A DNA stretch of 64,000 nt from assembly GCF_963921235.1 (NCBI RefSeq), contig NC_086107.1:104410001-104474000 (forward strand), given 5' to 3'. The stretch is from Mobula hypostoma (lineage: Eukaryota). The translations under genes and the position numbers were made by a program. Within the stretch, counting starts at the first letter, position 1; the number at the start of each line of letters is the position of its first letter. The notes beneath the pieces were generated by a model that was not told the origin of the DNA, ran no database searches, and worked only from the letters and a program-made list of their open reading frames with translations. Below are positions 50,085 to 64,000 of this stretch, one piece after another.

Positions 50085-51162
50085 GACACAGAGCACATTA
50101 AAGCCTTTCTTCCAGCTACACCGGACCCTTTCCAATCCAATTATTGCTCAAATCAATCCACTGATGATGCAATAGTCTCTGCCCTCCACCCTGTCCCGTC
50201 CCACCTGGAAAATGGGGTCTCATATGCCAGATTGCTCTTTATAGACTCCAGTTCAGCATTCAACACCATCATGCCCCAGTAGCTGGTGAGGAAACTGTCC
50301 TCGCTGTGCCTCAACACCCCTGCAATTGGGTCTTGGACATCTTTAACAGTAAGGCCACAGTCGCCTGTGTAGGCAGCAAGCTCTCTCGTCCCACTACGCT
50401 GAGCACTGGTACTCCCCAAGGCTGTGTGCTCAGCCCATGGCTGTTCACACTGCCGACGCACAACTACGTCACATGACCTCACCTGGTCCCTTAATATCGC
50501 CACCCTGAACAAGAAGACACAGCAGTGTCTCCACTTCCTTAGAAGATTGAGGCAAGCAAGACTCCCACACCTCATTCCCCCACCCCCCCCCCCGGCCATC
50601 TTAACTGTGTTTTGCAGGAGCACCATTGACAGCATCCTGACAAGTTGCATCTCCATCTGGTATGGGAGCAATCGAGCATCAGACCGGAAGTCCCTACAAG
50701 GGACTCTGAGAACAGCTGAGAAGATGATAGGGTCCTCCCTACCATCCACCGGGGACATTTATCAAGAGCACTACATCGCAAGGCCCTTAATATTATTAAG
50801 GATCCCACCCATCCATCCAGCATCCTCTTTGACTTTCTACCATCAGGCAGGAGAATCCGATCCATAAAGACAAGAACGGTCAGGGTGAGAAACAGTTTCT
50901 TCCTCCAGGCCATTAGGCTTCTGAACTCCCTGTCGCATCGTATTCAGAGTGTCACTGGTTAATCTGTTCTGTACCTTACTATATTTAATATTAATGCACT
51001 TTAGTTTGTTATTTATGTGTGATTCATCTGTAGAGCTTATCCTTACCTTCATAAGTTATCGTGTATTATGGGTGTTATGTGCTTTACACCCTGGTTCAGA
51101 GAAACATTGCCTTGATTCTATATACATTATATACATTAATGTAGTTAAATGACAATAAACTT
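50085..51162 (+). mobile_element. Rex1/Babar-like LINE RT fragment (deleted)
   Basis: STDDAI, YARLLFIDSSSAFNTI, GTPQGCVLSP, and the C-terminal STIDSILTSCISIWYG. Confidence 0.88.
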
Positions 51163-51204
51163 CACTGAGTCCTGCTGAAGAGTCTCGGCCCAAAATGTTA
51201 ACTG

Positions 51205-51817
51205 TAGAAGGCGGAAGGAGAGAGGCAGCGCATCGCGTGCGTGCGCAGCCCTCCGGTGAAAAATTATATCGTATCTGTTAAATAGGGGCCGTGGACAATT
51301 CTGATTTGATGGAGACGGACGTGAAAGCACAGAGGAACATCTGGAGAAATTTCTGAAACGCTCGTTCGCTGCTGTCGTTACTGCCTGGTCGGGAATCTTT
51401 CGGAGGATAGGCCTCAAAATCCCCGGCTTTGCCTGCTGCTAGCGACCGAGGCTGAGGTCGAATCATTCGGATAGAGATGGCACTCAGTACTCGGTGTTGG
51501 AGAGCTGATCAGAGCTCGAAGTTTTCGGATGACTCGGAGTGGGACTGTGGTCGGCATGGCAGGGAGAGTTTTCTTCCTTCTCCCATCTGCGTGAGATGTG
51601 GGACTTTCGAGAGACTTTGAACTTTTTACTGTGATCATGGGCTGTTCTTCATCAAATTACGGTATTGTTGCACTGTTGTAACTATATGTTATGATTATGT
51701 GGTTTTGTCAGTTTTTTCAGTCTTGGTGATATCACACCGGAGGAAATATTGTATCATTTCTTAATGCATGCATTACTAAATGACAATAAAAGAGGACTGC
51801 GTGTCTTCATAATCTAA
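51205..51817 (+). mobile_element. Non-autonomous element (LINE-like 5' region plus AATAAA tail) inserted in a Penelope tail
   Basis: Homologous to 29193-29866 (reverse); Penelope tail sequence resumes on both sides. Confidence 0.75.
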
Positions 51818-54399
51818 TACTCTTTTCCATAGATGCTGCCTGGCTGCTGAGTTCCTCCAGTATTTTGTGGGTGTTGCTGGGATCCTTGGATTTCCAGCAT
51901 CTTCAGATTTTCTCTTGTTTGTGTAAACTTGACTTGACTTGAAAATCTCGTCTTGCATCCAGTTGTATCCAGATCTGATCATTACATAGTGCATTGAGGC
52001 AGAACAAGATAAAACAATAACATTAAAATGTAACAGTTACAGTGAAACTAACAGATGATACAACTGTTGTTGGCAGAATTTCAGATGGTGACGGGAGGGC
52101 ATACAGGAGCGAGATTTATCAGCTAGTTGAGTGGTGGTGGAGCAACAACCTGGCATTCAACGTCAGTAAGACCAAACAACTGATTGTGGACTTCAGAAAG
52201 GGTAAGATGAGGGAACACACACCAGTCCTCATAGAGGGATCAGACGTGGAAACAGGGAGCAATTTCGAGTTCCTGGGTGTCTACTTCTCTGAGGATCACA
52301 CCCAGACATATCAATGCAGCTTCAAAAAAGACACAGCAGCGGCTACATCTCATTAGGAGCTTGAGGAGATTTGGTATGTCACTGAAGACACTCAGATGTA
52401 CCATAGAGAGTATTTTAACTGGCTGCAACATTGTCTGGTATGGGGAGGTGACCGCACAGGATCGATGTAAGCTGCAAAGAGTTATAAACGCAGTCAGCTC
52501 CATCATGGGCAGTAGCCTCCTTAGTAACCAACGCATCTTCACAGAGAGATGCCTCAGAAAGGCAGCATCCATCATTAAGGACCCCCATCACCCAGGTCCA
52601 TCAGAATGGGGGTACAGGAGCCCAAGGGCACAAACACAGCGATTCAGGAACAGTTTCTTCCCCTCTGCCATCCGATTTCTGAATGGACATTGAACCCATG
52701 AACACTACCTCACTGTTTTTTAAAATTTCCATTTTTGCACAATTCATTTAATTTAACTATTTTACATAATTACTGCAATTCACAGTTTTCTCTATTATTA
52801 TGTATTGCATTGAACCGCTGCCACAAAGACAACAGGTTTCATGACATGTGCTGGTGATATTAAACCTGATTCTGATTCTGAAAGTGCAGCGCAGACGGAC
52901 ATGAGCTGCAAGATAATGAGATCGATTATGAAGTTTGTGCTCCTTCCCTTCTACACCCACTCACATTCTTATTTTGGCTTCTGCCCTCTTCCAGTCCTGA
53001 TGAAGGGTCTTGGCCTGAAACGTTAACTGTTGATTCCCCTCCATGGATGCTGCCTGACTTGCTGAGTTCCTCCAGCATTTTGTGTGCGTTGCTCAAGATT
53101 CCCAGCATCTGCAGCATCTCTTGTGTTGAAGACTGTGAGGCCAAGGGTCCATTTTATCATTTAGAAGCATCTGGACAAGTACTTAAATTGCCAAGGCATT
53201 GAAAGCAATGGACAAGGTGCCGGCCAATGGGACTAGATGAGCCAGCATTGTCTCTGTGGGCCGAGTGGCCTTCCTCCGTACTGTGTGTTTCTCAGATGCT
53301 TGATGTGGATAAGGTCTGTGAGTGGGGAATGACTCATGAGGTTAATATAGCTCTTCTGAGAAATATTGTTTGAAACAATTCTATTTTTGCCAGTAGGCTC
53401 TGAGGAATTGTGGAATCAGTTTTAAATTATTTGAAATTCTCCAAAACTACAAAAACTAAAGGGAGACAGACAAGGACTCCAACTCTCAAAGCCAGCCCTC
53501 AACACAGCAGAACAGAGGCTTTGTACTAGGAGTGGGAAATGTGCTTCAAGGCACATATCATGTAAAAAAAATGATTCTGCATTTTATTTGATGAGGAAGA
53601 GCAGAAAAACTGGAGATATGAAAGGATATTAAATATGGCATTGGAACTGTCTTAAGCATAAAGCAAACCCTGGGGAGAGTCAGTACCTTCAGAAAGAATG
53701 GTCACCCTCAGGGACAAAACCCTACTCAGCACCATCAAGAACTGTACCCTGAACAGAGTCAGCTTCTTCTAAAAGTGCACCCCAGATAGAGTCTGTGTCT
53801 TCAGAAACCACGCCCCTAGTTCACACCGCAGAGTAACGGAAGCCCGTGGAGAGATAGTGGGATCTGTACCCCAAGGAGAGACAGCAGGAACTGTACCCCA
53901 GGGAGAGACAACACCTTCAAGAAATTAGCCCAAATGCTTCTGCAGCCTTTGTTTCCTCCTGCTCTTCACTCAAAGAAGGTCTCAAAATGCAAGAGGGTAA
54001 AACTGGAGAATAAAATTAATTGAGATGTAGAAATCTGCTTCACTGTCCATATACAACAATAAAAGTCTTTGATTCCATTTTTTTTTTGAGCAATTATGAT
54101 TCAGTGCTTTTGTGCATTGTAGCGTGACTTGACCGGGCGCGGTGACTCCTGCCCCGAGCTGTCTCGAGCCTCACTCACTCTGTGTGTGCACTGGCCTTTG
54201 TATTTCAGTGAGTGCCGGACTGGATGTTGAACCTGGGCTTCGCGGGCTCCCCAACCCCAGCCCACCCCACCGGTTCTCCAGCGTTCACTTGCACTGCATT
54301 GCCATTTAATACAGAGCCGCTGGGCAGGAGCTGTAACGCCCCCCGAAGATGCATCACGTCAAAGGACTTGAACCTCAGTATCAACGTTAGGTCAGAGGT

Positions 54400-54955
54400 C
54401 AAGACCATGAGACATAGGAGCAGAATTAGGCCATTCAGCCCATCAAGTCTGCTGCACCATTCCATCATGGCTAATCCCGAATCGCACTCAACCCCGTACA
54501 CCTGCCTTTTCGCCATATCCTCTGATGCTCTGACCAATCAGGAAACTATCAATTTCCGCCTTAAATATACCCACGGACTAGGCCTCCACGGCAGTCTGTG
54601 GCGGAGCATTCCACAGTTCCACCACTCTCTGGCTATAATATTCCTCCTTACCTCTGTTCTAAACGGTCGCCCCTCAATTTCGAGGCTGTGCCCTCTAGTT
54701 CTGGATACCCCCCACCAGAGGAAACATCCTCTCCACATCCACCCTAGCTAGTCCTTTCGATATTTGTTAGATTTCAATGACATCCCCTCTGCATTCTTCT
54801 AAATTCCAGTGAGTACAGGCCCAAAGCTGCCAAGTGCTCCTCGTATGTTAACCCCTTCATTCCCAGAATCATCCTCATGAACCTCCTCTGGACTCTCTCC
54901 AACGACAACACATTCTTTCTGAGGTATGGGGCCCAAAAATGTTGACAATACTCCG
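54400..54955 (-). mobile_element. CR1 3' fragment
   Basis: RTRGHSLEIEGRPFRTEVRRN pattern and CR1 3' UTR. Confidence 0.85.
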
Positions 54956-57665
54956 AGGATGCAGGACATGGAAATGATTGAAGGGAAAAAAAACTGGAAT
55001 TGGCAGTCTGCGAGATCTGGTGGTGAGACCGAGGACATCAATCATGCCTGTCCCACCCCAACACCTTCGGGAAATTGTGGTACAACTGCCCCAATACCAA
55101 CGTTGCAGGACGGTTACACAGGAAATTCTTCAGAGGTGGAGGAGGGTAAGGGGAGGCATAGGGGTGTGAGGAAAGGAGAGGGAGAGGAAAAAGTGTGGAG
55201 CACAGATTGGGAAGTAGGAGTGAGAGGTTGAGGTTATGAGTAACAGGAATGATCCCAGGTGAGGGAGATTAACCTTTAAGGGAAGGTGAAATATAGAGTC
55301 CAAGAGGAAGGAAATGTTGAAGGGGTGGGTCATCAAAATTAATCAATTTGGTAAATAAATTGATAAATTGGTTTTCTTTTGTCACATGTACTGAGGTACA
55401 GTGAAAACTTTGTTTTGCATGCTATCCCTTCAGATCATTTCATTACAACAGTGCGCTGAGGGGGATAATCAAAAGCAAAACAATAAAGTCAAGGTCATGA
55501 TGAGGTAGACCGTGAGGTCAAGAGTCCATCTTTTTCAAAGATTCAAAGTACATTTATTCTCAAAGTATGTGTGCAGTACACAACCCTGAGATTTGTCTTC
55601 CCCACAGACAGCCGAGAAACAAAGAAACATCATGTAACCGGTTCAAAGAAAAGATCAAACTCCCAACATGGACCAAAAAAAAAACAAATTGCGCGAATGG
55701 CAAAAACTGAGTGAAAACCACAGAATATAAAACATCAAACCGCAGAGTCATTGAAACAGTCCAGGAACGTTTAGTTCAGTTCAGTGCAATTTAGTGCGGT
55801 GTCATTCGTCGACTGCAGCCACAGAACCCGCCTGCCCCAACCTACATCGCACAAAATAGCAACTTAAAAAGGAGCAGAAACCAGAAACACATTGTAACAT
55901 GAACAGCAGCGTCCAATGCATAACCGTATTGATTAAACCTTGCCCTAGCCCCAGAACTCCAGCACCATACGACACGAGAGGGGGAGAGAGAGGGAGAGAG
56001 ACAAGTCAACCCCAGGCACCTTCCTCAGGCAACAGCGAGCGAAAGGGAGAGTGAGAGACTGGTCAAACGCAGGCAGACGGCGCTGCTCGCCTTCCACTCT
56101 CGTCGTCGTTGATTTCAATCTTGCTCGGTGCTTGAATCGGAGAGAAATGGGGTCAGTCACTGGCTCACACCCGGCCTCCAGGCCGCACACTCTGCTCGAG
56201 ACCTCACCGAACTCCCTCGGAGATGGCAAAGCACCAGATCTCTCAATTGGCCTGAAAACACACCATCAGAATGCTTCCAGCTGAGGCAGAATCGTACCTG
56301 AGAGAAGAAGAAGTAAAAGCAGTAGTTTTATGAACTGTCTGCAGGACATCACCTCTGGTCGCGTTGTTCGTTCGCGCCAACTTCTTCAGACCTTACTTAT
56401 CACACTAGTTCAACAGCAGGGTAGGAACTGTTCTGATGTGCTTTCAGGCTTTTGCATTGTCTGCCCAATGGGAGAGTGGAGAACGGTGAATGTCCATGCC
56501 AGCCTGGTGTTCTGCCTGGTCCCATTCACCTCCACGCTGTCTTTGATCATGTTGGCAGTGGGAAGTGTAGACAGAGCACAAGGAGGGGAGGCTGGTGCCC
56601 TTGCTGTGCCGAGCTGTGTCCACAACCCTCTGCGGTTTATTGTGGTCACGGTTAGAGCAGTTGCCGTGTCAAGCTGTCGTGCATCCAGATATAGGATGCT
56701 TCCGCTTGTGCATCAGTAAAACTTGGTGTGGGTCAACGGGGACATCCCAAATATTTTTTTAGCCTCCTGAGGAAGTGAAGGAACTGCTGTGTTTTCTTGG
56801 CTGTGGTGTCTACGTGATATTGCTCAATAAATTCAGAATATTACTTAACATAAACCAGGTCAAACATTGATTGAAATGAAGAGTGAACTTAAGTCAGGAT
56901 CAATGCTTTGGTGTAGGCTTTGAAGGAGGGAGGGCGGCAGGGGGTGAGCGATGAGAACTATGAGGCAAGACGGGGTCAGGGTGGGTATTTGGAGAATCGA
57001 AGCGAGCAGCACAGATGCTCCGAGTTATGCGTGACTGGAATCCCTGGCCCGGCTGATCCACGGGGACGCATTCCACATACCAGTCGCATTTCCCTGCCCC
57101 CTGCACTCACCCCCTCCCCTCCAGCCCATTACACTGGGACAGGGCAAGGCCAGTCAGCCCTTCAAATTTGTTTTATAGGAGGCAAACATTCACACCCTTA
57201 ATCTCAGAGCACCAGCGCACTACAGCTAGGAAGATGGCCCTTCGGCCCATCTAGTCCTTGCCAGCCTGGTCTTCTGCTGAGGCACCTGGACCACAGCCCC
57301 CCACACCTCTCTCATCCATGTTCCCATACAAACTTAGATGCTACAACTGAACCTACATCTCCCACTTCTGCTGGCACTTCACTCCACACTCTGAGTGAAG
57401 AAGTTTCCCCTCAGATTCCCTTTAAATATCTCACCTTTCATCCTAAACTTAAGACCTCTAGTTCTAGACTCACCCAACCTGAGGGGAAAAAGCTTGCCTG
57501 CATTTAACCTGTCTATACACCTTGCAATTTTGTATAAAATCTCCCATCACTCTCCTGTGTCCTAATGAATAAAATTCTAACCTGTTCAGCCCATCCCTCT
57601 AACGCAAGTCCTCAAATCCCGCAACATCCTTGTAAATTTTCTCCTTGTACAGTACTTCCTTCATT

Positions 57666-57958
57666 GTGTGGGGCGTGGCCAAGTGGTTAGGGCGTTGGGC
57701 TCACGATCTGAAGGTCGTGGGTTCGAGTCTCAGCCAAGGCAGCGTGTGGTGTCTTTGAGCAAGGCACTTAACCACACAATGCTCCAGTCCACCCAGCTGA
57801 AAATGGGTACCGGCAAATGCTGGGGGTCAACCTCACGATAGACTGGCGTCCTCTGCGGGAGGGAGTCTCATACTCTCAGTCGCTTCACGCCACAGAAACC
57901 GGCATAAGCACCAGCTTGATGGGCCACAAGGCTCGAGACAGACTTTAACTTTTTTTTA
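57666..57958 (+). mobile_element. Full-length tRNA-derived SINE
   Basis: A/B boxes (TGGCCAAGTGG, GGTTCGAGTC); 12-bp TSD ACTTCCTTCATT at 57654-57665 and 57959-57970. Confidence 0.9.
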
Positions 57959-57973
57959 ACTTCCTTCATTATA

Positions 57974-58750
57974 CAGGGGACTCCAGTTAATTGGGCCATC
58001 TCATAATCGAGGCAGCCCTTTATTTGGTGCAACTCTTAAAGAACGAAAACTAAATCAGGGAAATAGCTGATATAGGCTTCATTTATTTGGGACACCATGC
58101 TGCTTAGTTGGAGACTGTTGCCAGACAGCTTCTCACTGGCATCAGTCACGTGCACTTGGGTGGCTAATAGACACTACTGCTCAAGTGAACAGTTTTTAAG
58201 TAGCATCAGTTGTGCATTTGTGTTCAAAAAGCAGCAATTTTTGTCACAGATGGTTGGCGAGGAATAAGCAATAAGACAATTCAGAACTGCTTTGCTCACT
58301 GCGGTTTCCAGCATTCAGGCTTGGAGATGCCAGAAACAGCCGGGAGTGAAGATGAAACAATTTCACTACTTCAACAAGTTATGGACAATCATCTTGACTG
58401 TCACAATGAAAATGAAGAAGGATGCAGTCATCTAAAGCATTGTGTGGAGGCAGTCCATTATCTGCACTGGGTGTCTGCACTGATTTTATCGATCACAGTC
58501 AATCAAAAGAATACAGGAGATGAATTCCTCTGTCGATAACTAGGAACTAATACAGAGTTTTATAGGACTGTAGAGGTACTAGTAGTGCTCTGATTTGCTC
58601 TCTATTTCATTTAAATACATAAATTGTTAATCAGTTAAATCCTTTTTATACCTTTTTAACCATTTCCATGAAACTTTGGCTAATTGGGACAGCTGCATAA
58701 TTGGGCCAAAAATGTACTGGCCATGTGACCCAATTAACAGGAATCCACTG
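57974..58750 (+). mobile_element. pogo/Tigger-type deleted DNA transposon
   Basis: TA-flanked TIRs CAG.GGA.TCC.GTTAATTGGG; remnant W..IS.KTIQNCFAHCGF. Confidence 0.88.
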
Positions 58751-59994
58751 TAGGTCTTTGACTCTTTGGAATCAAGGGCTGAAGTCTGCCTCCCCAGTCT
58801 CCTCTCGATGATTTTCAGGCCTGTTTGCCTGTTTGCCTGTGTCCCAACCCAGTCAGTGAAGTCGTTGCTAAGGCTGGGAGGGGAAAGGTCCATGGGTGAG
58901 ACAGTAAAGGGGTAAAGGGAGGGAGTGCCGATGGAGGAGTGGGAATTGTGACTATCTCAGATTCAGATTGAGATTTATTTATCATGGGTACGTCATCACA
59001 CAGTGAAATGCACCTAAGGGTGTGCTGAGTGGGTGGGTGGGTGATGCCCACAAGTGTCACCACACATTCTAGCGTAAACATAGCGTGCCCACAATGCTCA
59101 GATAAACAACACAAGCAACAACAGCAAAAGTAGCCCCTTTCTTCCTGCCCACCCGCCCTCACAGACAGTCCTCCAGCACCAGGTCTCCAGTGGACTTACG
59201 GACAATAACGTACTGGGTGGGCACAGGAGTACATTCAGCCAGAGACTCATTCCACCGAGATGCAGCACAGAGCGTCATAGGAAGTCATTCCTGCCTGTGG
59301 CCATCAAACTTTACAACTCCTCCCTTGGAGGGTCAGACACCCTGAGCCAATAGGGTGGTCCTGGATTTATTTCCTGGCATAATTTACATATTACTATTTA
59401 ACTATTCATGGTTTTACAGTATTACTATTTAATTATTTATGGTGCAACTGTAACGAACACCAATTTCCCCCAGGATCAATAAAGTATGACTATGACTATG
59501 ACTATAATAGGCCTTTGACTTCCCCATGGACTTCGGACACTTATTCCATCGGGTTTCAATCTCCAGACTTCCAATCGATCTTCGGTACTGCCCCCTCACT
59601 CCACTGGCCCATGATCCACAGATGCCCTGTGCTCCCTATCTCAATGAGCAGGTCTGGGAATCTAATCTGGGTTTAGGGATCGCATCCCGAATGGATTTGG
59701 TTCCCAAGGTTTGCTTGTCAACCATCCAGAGCGTCAGGCCGCTGGCTGCTGGATTTGAAAGATCCACGTAATTGGTGGATTTGTGCTGTGTTTTGTGGAG
59801 ACCAGCTCAGCCCTGCCTTAAAAGAGTCTGACTGCCCCTAGTGAATCACCGCCCCTGGTAGAGCCTCCACTTCACCTCTCCAGAGACCCTGGCTCACCCC
59901 TGACCTCGGCTGCTGTCTGCGAGGAGCCTCCACATTCTCCCTGCTCCGGTTTCCGGCCACACCAAAGATGTGTGGGTAGGTAGATCCAATTCTT

Positions 59995-60205
59995 CTCCTT
60001 GACCTTCGGCCCCTCACCCCTACAGGAGCATAGGTCATAGGTCACCAATAGCCCTCTGTCCTGGGCCAGTCTTTCACGTTGTCCCGGGGTGCAGCCCATC
60101 TTCTGGCGTTTCGGAGGTTCTGAGCTTTTACGGGGCGAGGTTGCTAGCCCTACACCCAACCCTCCTCCGTCTGCCGCCGGGCTTGGGGCCGTCCATGGCC
60201 GAGTT
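59995..60205 (-). mobile_element. RTE-related bipartite SINE-like element
   Basis: 5' ggagggttgggtgtagggctagcaacc motif fused to an RTE-type 3' end (ERLAQDRG). Confidence 0.6.
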
Positions 60206-61967
60206 AGGCAGGTCAAATGGCCGTTGTAAATTTGCCCCTAGTGTGTAAGTGAGGGGTAAAAACCAGGAGTAAGGCGGGGAAAACCATGGATTTTTGTTCT
60301 CTGTGATTCTCTGCATCGCTGTCCACTCCTCTACCCTGACAGCTCCCCACACATGGCCTCCAAGGGATCAGATTCCCTTCCCGTTGTTGACAACCGTCAG
60401 AACAGAACAGTAGCCTGTGTCATGCCAAAGGAATTCTGACGCCCACCTCTCACACTCATAGCCTTTGCAATCAAACTCAGCCAATACTCCATCTCACTGC
60501 AGCTGAACCTCACCACAAGCCACCCCCAAGTCCCTCGGAGTACCCTTCACTACCCTCTCAGCTCTGCCTCTTGTTCTCTGTCTCTCAGCTCCTCATGCCC
60601 TCACTCTATCTCCCTCTCAGGCTCTTTCTCAATCCTCCCTTCATCTCTCCTTCCACCCTTCACTCAGGCTGTCTTTATCTTTCACAGACTTCCTCCCAGC
60701 CTCTCTTCATTAACTATTAACCCACTGATGGCCCCTGCTCACAATTAAAATCTGTCCTCTATGCTTGTCATTATGTTTGACTCCTGGTTCTTGACAGTTG
60801 CAACAACCAACAAACAAAGCAAGAATGATTCTAACCGCAGCGTTAACCTGGAATCTGACTGAAGTTCCTGGGGTGGGATTTGAACCGGGCACCTTCGGAC
60901 CAGGGCCTGATGGTCCGCCAGCTGATCACTGCGATCAATGCCACTGGTCTGGGATGGAGGGAGCCACTGCAGTTGAAGGTGGGACTTGGAGCCTAGACAG
61001 AACACTGGGACCTCGATCCGTTCCGAACCCCCTCCTCCCCTTGCCTGAGACGGAAGTTGATGAAGTCTGAGGATTGGCTTGGAGGCTCCGGGAACACGGA
61101 CTGGGAGGGAACAGGGTGTAAGGTGTGAGGGAAGGGGGATAGGGGCAGAGAAGGCAAGGAGAGTGGGAAGGGAAAATAAAAGGAGGGTGGGTGAGGGAGG
61201 AGCGGGAAGGAAGAGGTCTCCAAAGTCAGCCTTTGGAGACCAGAACTGCTGCTATGAGCTGGAGGGTTGCCCAGCCTGAGGACAAGGATCTGCCACTGCA
61301 AACAAAACCCTGGTGCAAATTGTACACAAAACCATGAATCTGTATCTAATCAGTGCTGCCCCGCTGCTGGGAGAGTTTGCTGAGTTAGCAAACACTGAAT
61401 TAACTTTGCTGTCTGTATCCAAACCATATCTGAACACAGACCAGTACAGGCCCTTCGGCCCTTGATGTTTTGCCAACCTTTTAACCTACTCTAAGATCAA
61501 TCTAACCCTTCCCTCCCACAAAATCCTCCAGTTTTCTGTCATCCATCTGCCTATCTAATTGTCTCTTAAATGTCTCTAACTTATCTGCCCCTACCACCCC
61601 AGACAGCGCATTCCACGCATTCAGCACTCTCCGTGTAAAAAACTTACCTCTGATATCCCCCTGCACTTTCCCCCAATCATCTTAAAGTTATGCCCCCGCA
61701 TTTCTGCCCTGGGAAAAGTCTCCGGATGTCCACTCAACTGTGTCTCTTCTCATCTTGTTCAAAATTCAAAATAAATTTATTATCAAAGTACATATATGTC
61801 ACCATATACAACCTTGAGATTCATTTTCTTGCGGGCATACTCAGTAAATCCATAACAGAATAATGACCATAATAGAATCAATGCAAGACCGCACTAACTC
61901 GGCCGTTCAAGCAACATGCAAAACACATCAAACTGTGCAAATGCAAAAAGATAGAACTAATAATTTA

Positions 61968-62272
61968 TAGGCATCCGTTAGTCTCATGAGACCATGGATT
62001 TGCGCCTTGGAAGGTTTCCAGGGCGCAGGCCTGGGCAAGGTTGTGAGAAAGACAAGCAGTTGCCCATGCTGCAAGTCTCCCCTCTCCACGACACCAATGT
62101 TGTCCAAGGGAAGGGCATTAGGACCCATACAGCTTGGCACCGGTGTCGTCGCAGAGAAATGTGTGGTTAAGTGCCTTGCTCAAGGACACAACACGCTGCC
62201 TCAGCCAAGGCTCAAACTAGCGATCTTCAGATCACTAGATGAATGCCCTAACCACTTGGCCACGTGCCAACA
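61968..62272 (-). mobile_element. tRNA-derived SINE
   Basis: Reverse-complement homolog of 48288-48530. Confidence 0.85.
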
Positions 62273-64000
62273 CAAGAAATAATAATATAAATAAATAGTT
62301 AAGCAATAAATATTGAGAACATGAGATGAAGAGTCCTTGAAAGTGAGCCCATAGGTTGTGGGAATATTTCAATGATGGGCCAAGTGAAGTTGAGTGAAGT
62401 TATTCCCTTTGGTTCAAGAGCCTGATGGTTGAGGGGTAATAACTGTTGCTGAACCTGGTGGTGTGAGTCCGGAGGCTTCTGCACCTTCTTCCTGATGGCA
62501 GCGGTGAGAAGAGAGTGTGACCTGGGTGGTGGGGGTGGGGGGGTCCCTGATGTTGGATGCTGCTTTCCTGTGACAATGCTCCGTGTAGAAGTGCTGAACG
62601 GTGGGGAGGGCTTTACCTGTAATGGACCGGGCCGTATCTACTGGCTTTTCCATTCAAGGGCTTTGGTGTTTCCATACCAGGCCGTGATGAAACCAGTCAG
62701 CACACTCACCACTATCAAGTCACCTCTTCACCTCTCATCTTCCTTCACTCAGGAGAGAAAAGCCCGAGTTTGCTCATTATCCTCAGAAGGCACATTCTCC
62801 AGTTCACCCAGCGTCCTAGTAAATCTCGTCTGCATTCCCTCTAAAGCTTAAATATTTGAACAGCCTTTATACCCAGTCCTCAGTTGTGCATGTTTAATTT
62901 TGTTTTGGAGTAACTGCATTAAAAACAACAGTAGAGGCCTTTAATTAAAATGTCATCTGTGCCCAGCACATCTGGCAAAAAAAGATCTCCAGTGAAGCAA
63001 TTGACGTCCCCCTTATTGAATCCATACGATAACCCCCTGACCGGGTAAGAGGACTTTTACTCTGTGTCTAACTCAGTATTTCTTTCCTTAAACCATTTTT
63101 AAAACGTGTTTGAACATTTTATTACAGACTGGTTTCACATTTTGGTTTTAAAATTGTGTGTGATGTCTGCCTGCGCCCTCCCTGGACATGATTGGTGCCC
63201 CTTGAGGTGGGGGTATTTGATGGGGCAGTGTAGAGGGAGTTGGACTTTGTGTCTGACCTACCCTGTGGCTGCCGAATGAAGTATTGGTTGTCTAAGTTGG
63301 CTTATTGCTGCCACTGTACCCAGATACAGCAGTCAGCTTGTCTTGCATACTGTTCGCACAGATCAGACCATTACATGGTGCACTGAGGTAGAACAAGATC
63401 ATTATGATGGACGGAAACACAAGAGATTCTGCAGATGCTGGAAATCCAGAGCGACGCACACAAAATGCTGGAGGAAACCGGCAGGTCGGGCAGCATCTAT
63501 GGAGAGGAATAAACAGTGAGCGTTCCCCGGCCGAGACCCTTCATCGCGGAAGAGTGAGGGCTTTGTGCCTACCCTGGGAGTACTTGATGGGAAAGGCTGG
63601 AGGGAGCTTAACTCTGTATCTGAAACGCGTTTCTAGCTGTGAATGTGTGAAAGATGTGAGTGAGGGAGTTTGAATAGACATCCGACTCATGGTTTGCCTC
63701 CCCCGGGAGTGTGTGATGGCACGTTCTGCTTGATACGGGATATATCCTCAATAAAATTACCTCTTGCCAGTGAACAGATCTCCCGTTTTATTCCTTAAAT
63801 TCAGAGGCTGTGAATTCAGAGCGGAGGTGCCGTCAGTTGCTTGCGGCCTGCGCTGGCGTGGAACTCAGAGTGTTAAAGTATTGTGGGAGGTAGCGGATAA
63901 TTATAATATATTTAGCAGGCGAGCTGGGGATAGGGTACAGTTGCCATGTGTGTGGCTGTGGATTGTCTGCTCCTGAAATAGTTATGCAGAGTAAATGAAA

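Noticed and set aside
57666..57740. tRNA gene (also at 16335, 24188, 48288, 62272)
   Set aside because: tRNA-like heads continue into SINE bodies, with a TSD at 57666; no proper acceptor stem or terminator.

Overview
Repeat-dense vertebrate genomic DNA. The repeat make-up (CR1, Rex1/Babar-type LINEs, Penelope tails, tRNA-SINEs) suggests a cartilaginous fish, probably a ray; this is inference. One host gene is recognisable: the 5' part of a PPP1R15 (GADD34/CReP family, most likely PPP1R15A-like) gene on the minus strand. It has a TATA/CCAAT/CRE-ATF CpG promoter (~3260-3400), exon 1 (~3267-3110) with two uORFs, exon 2 (2699-1706) ending at KK|GT, and minisatellites in both introns. I did not find the RVxF/eIF2a-binding last exon, so it presumably lies left of position 1. 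The remaining ~60 kb is mostly nested transposon remnants: CR1, Rex1/Babar, Tx1-type L1, Vingi/RTE fragments, Penelope elements with minimal hammerhead-ribozyme motifs, sushi-like Gypsy remnants and solo LTRs with 5-bp TSDs, Tc1, pogo and hAT MITEs, and SINEs. A few unique islands look regulatory. Highlights are an ATF4-like overlapping-uORF leader on the PPP1R15 gene, dimer-type hammerhead motifs and fold-back hairpins derived from Penelope tails, a four-level nested insertion, CpG-rich dead retroelements, and a GATA/E-box/CACCC cluster upstream of the gene. All family calls come from motif recognition by eye; no database searches were run.
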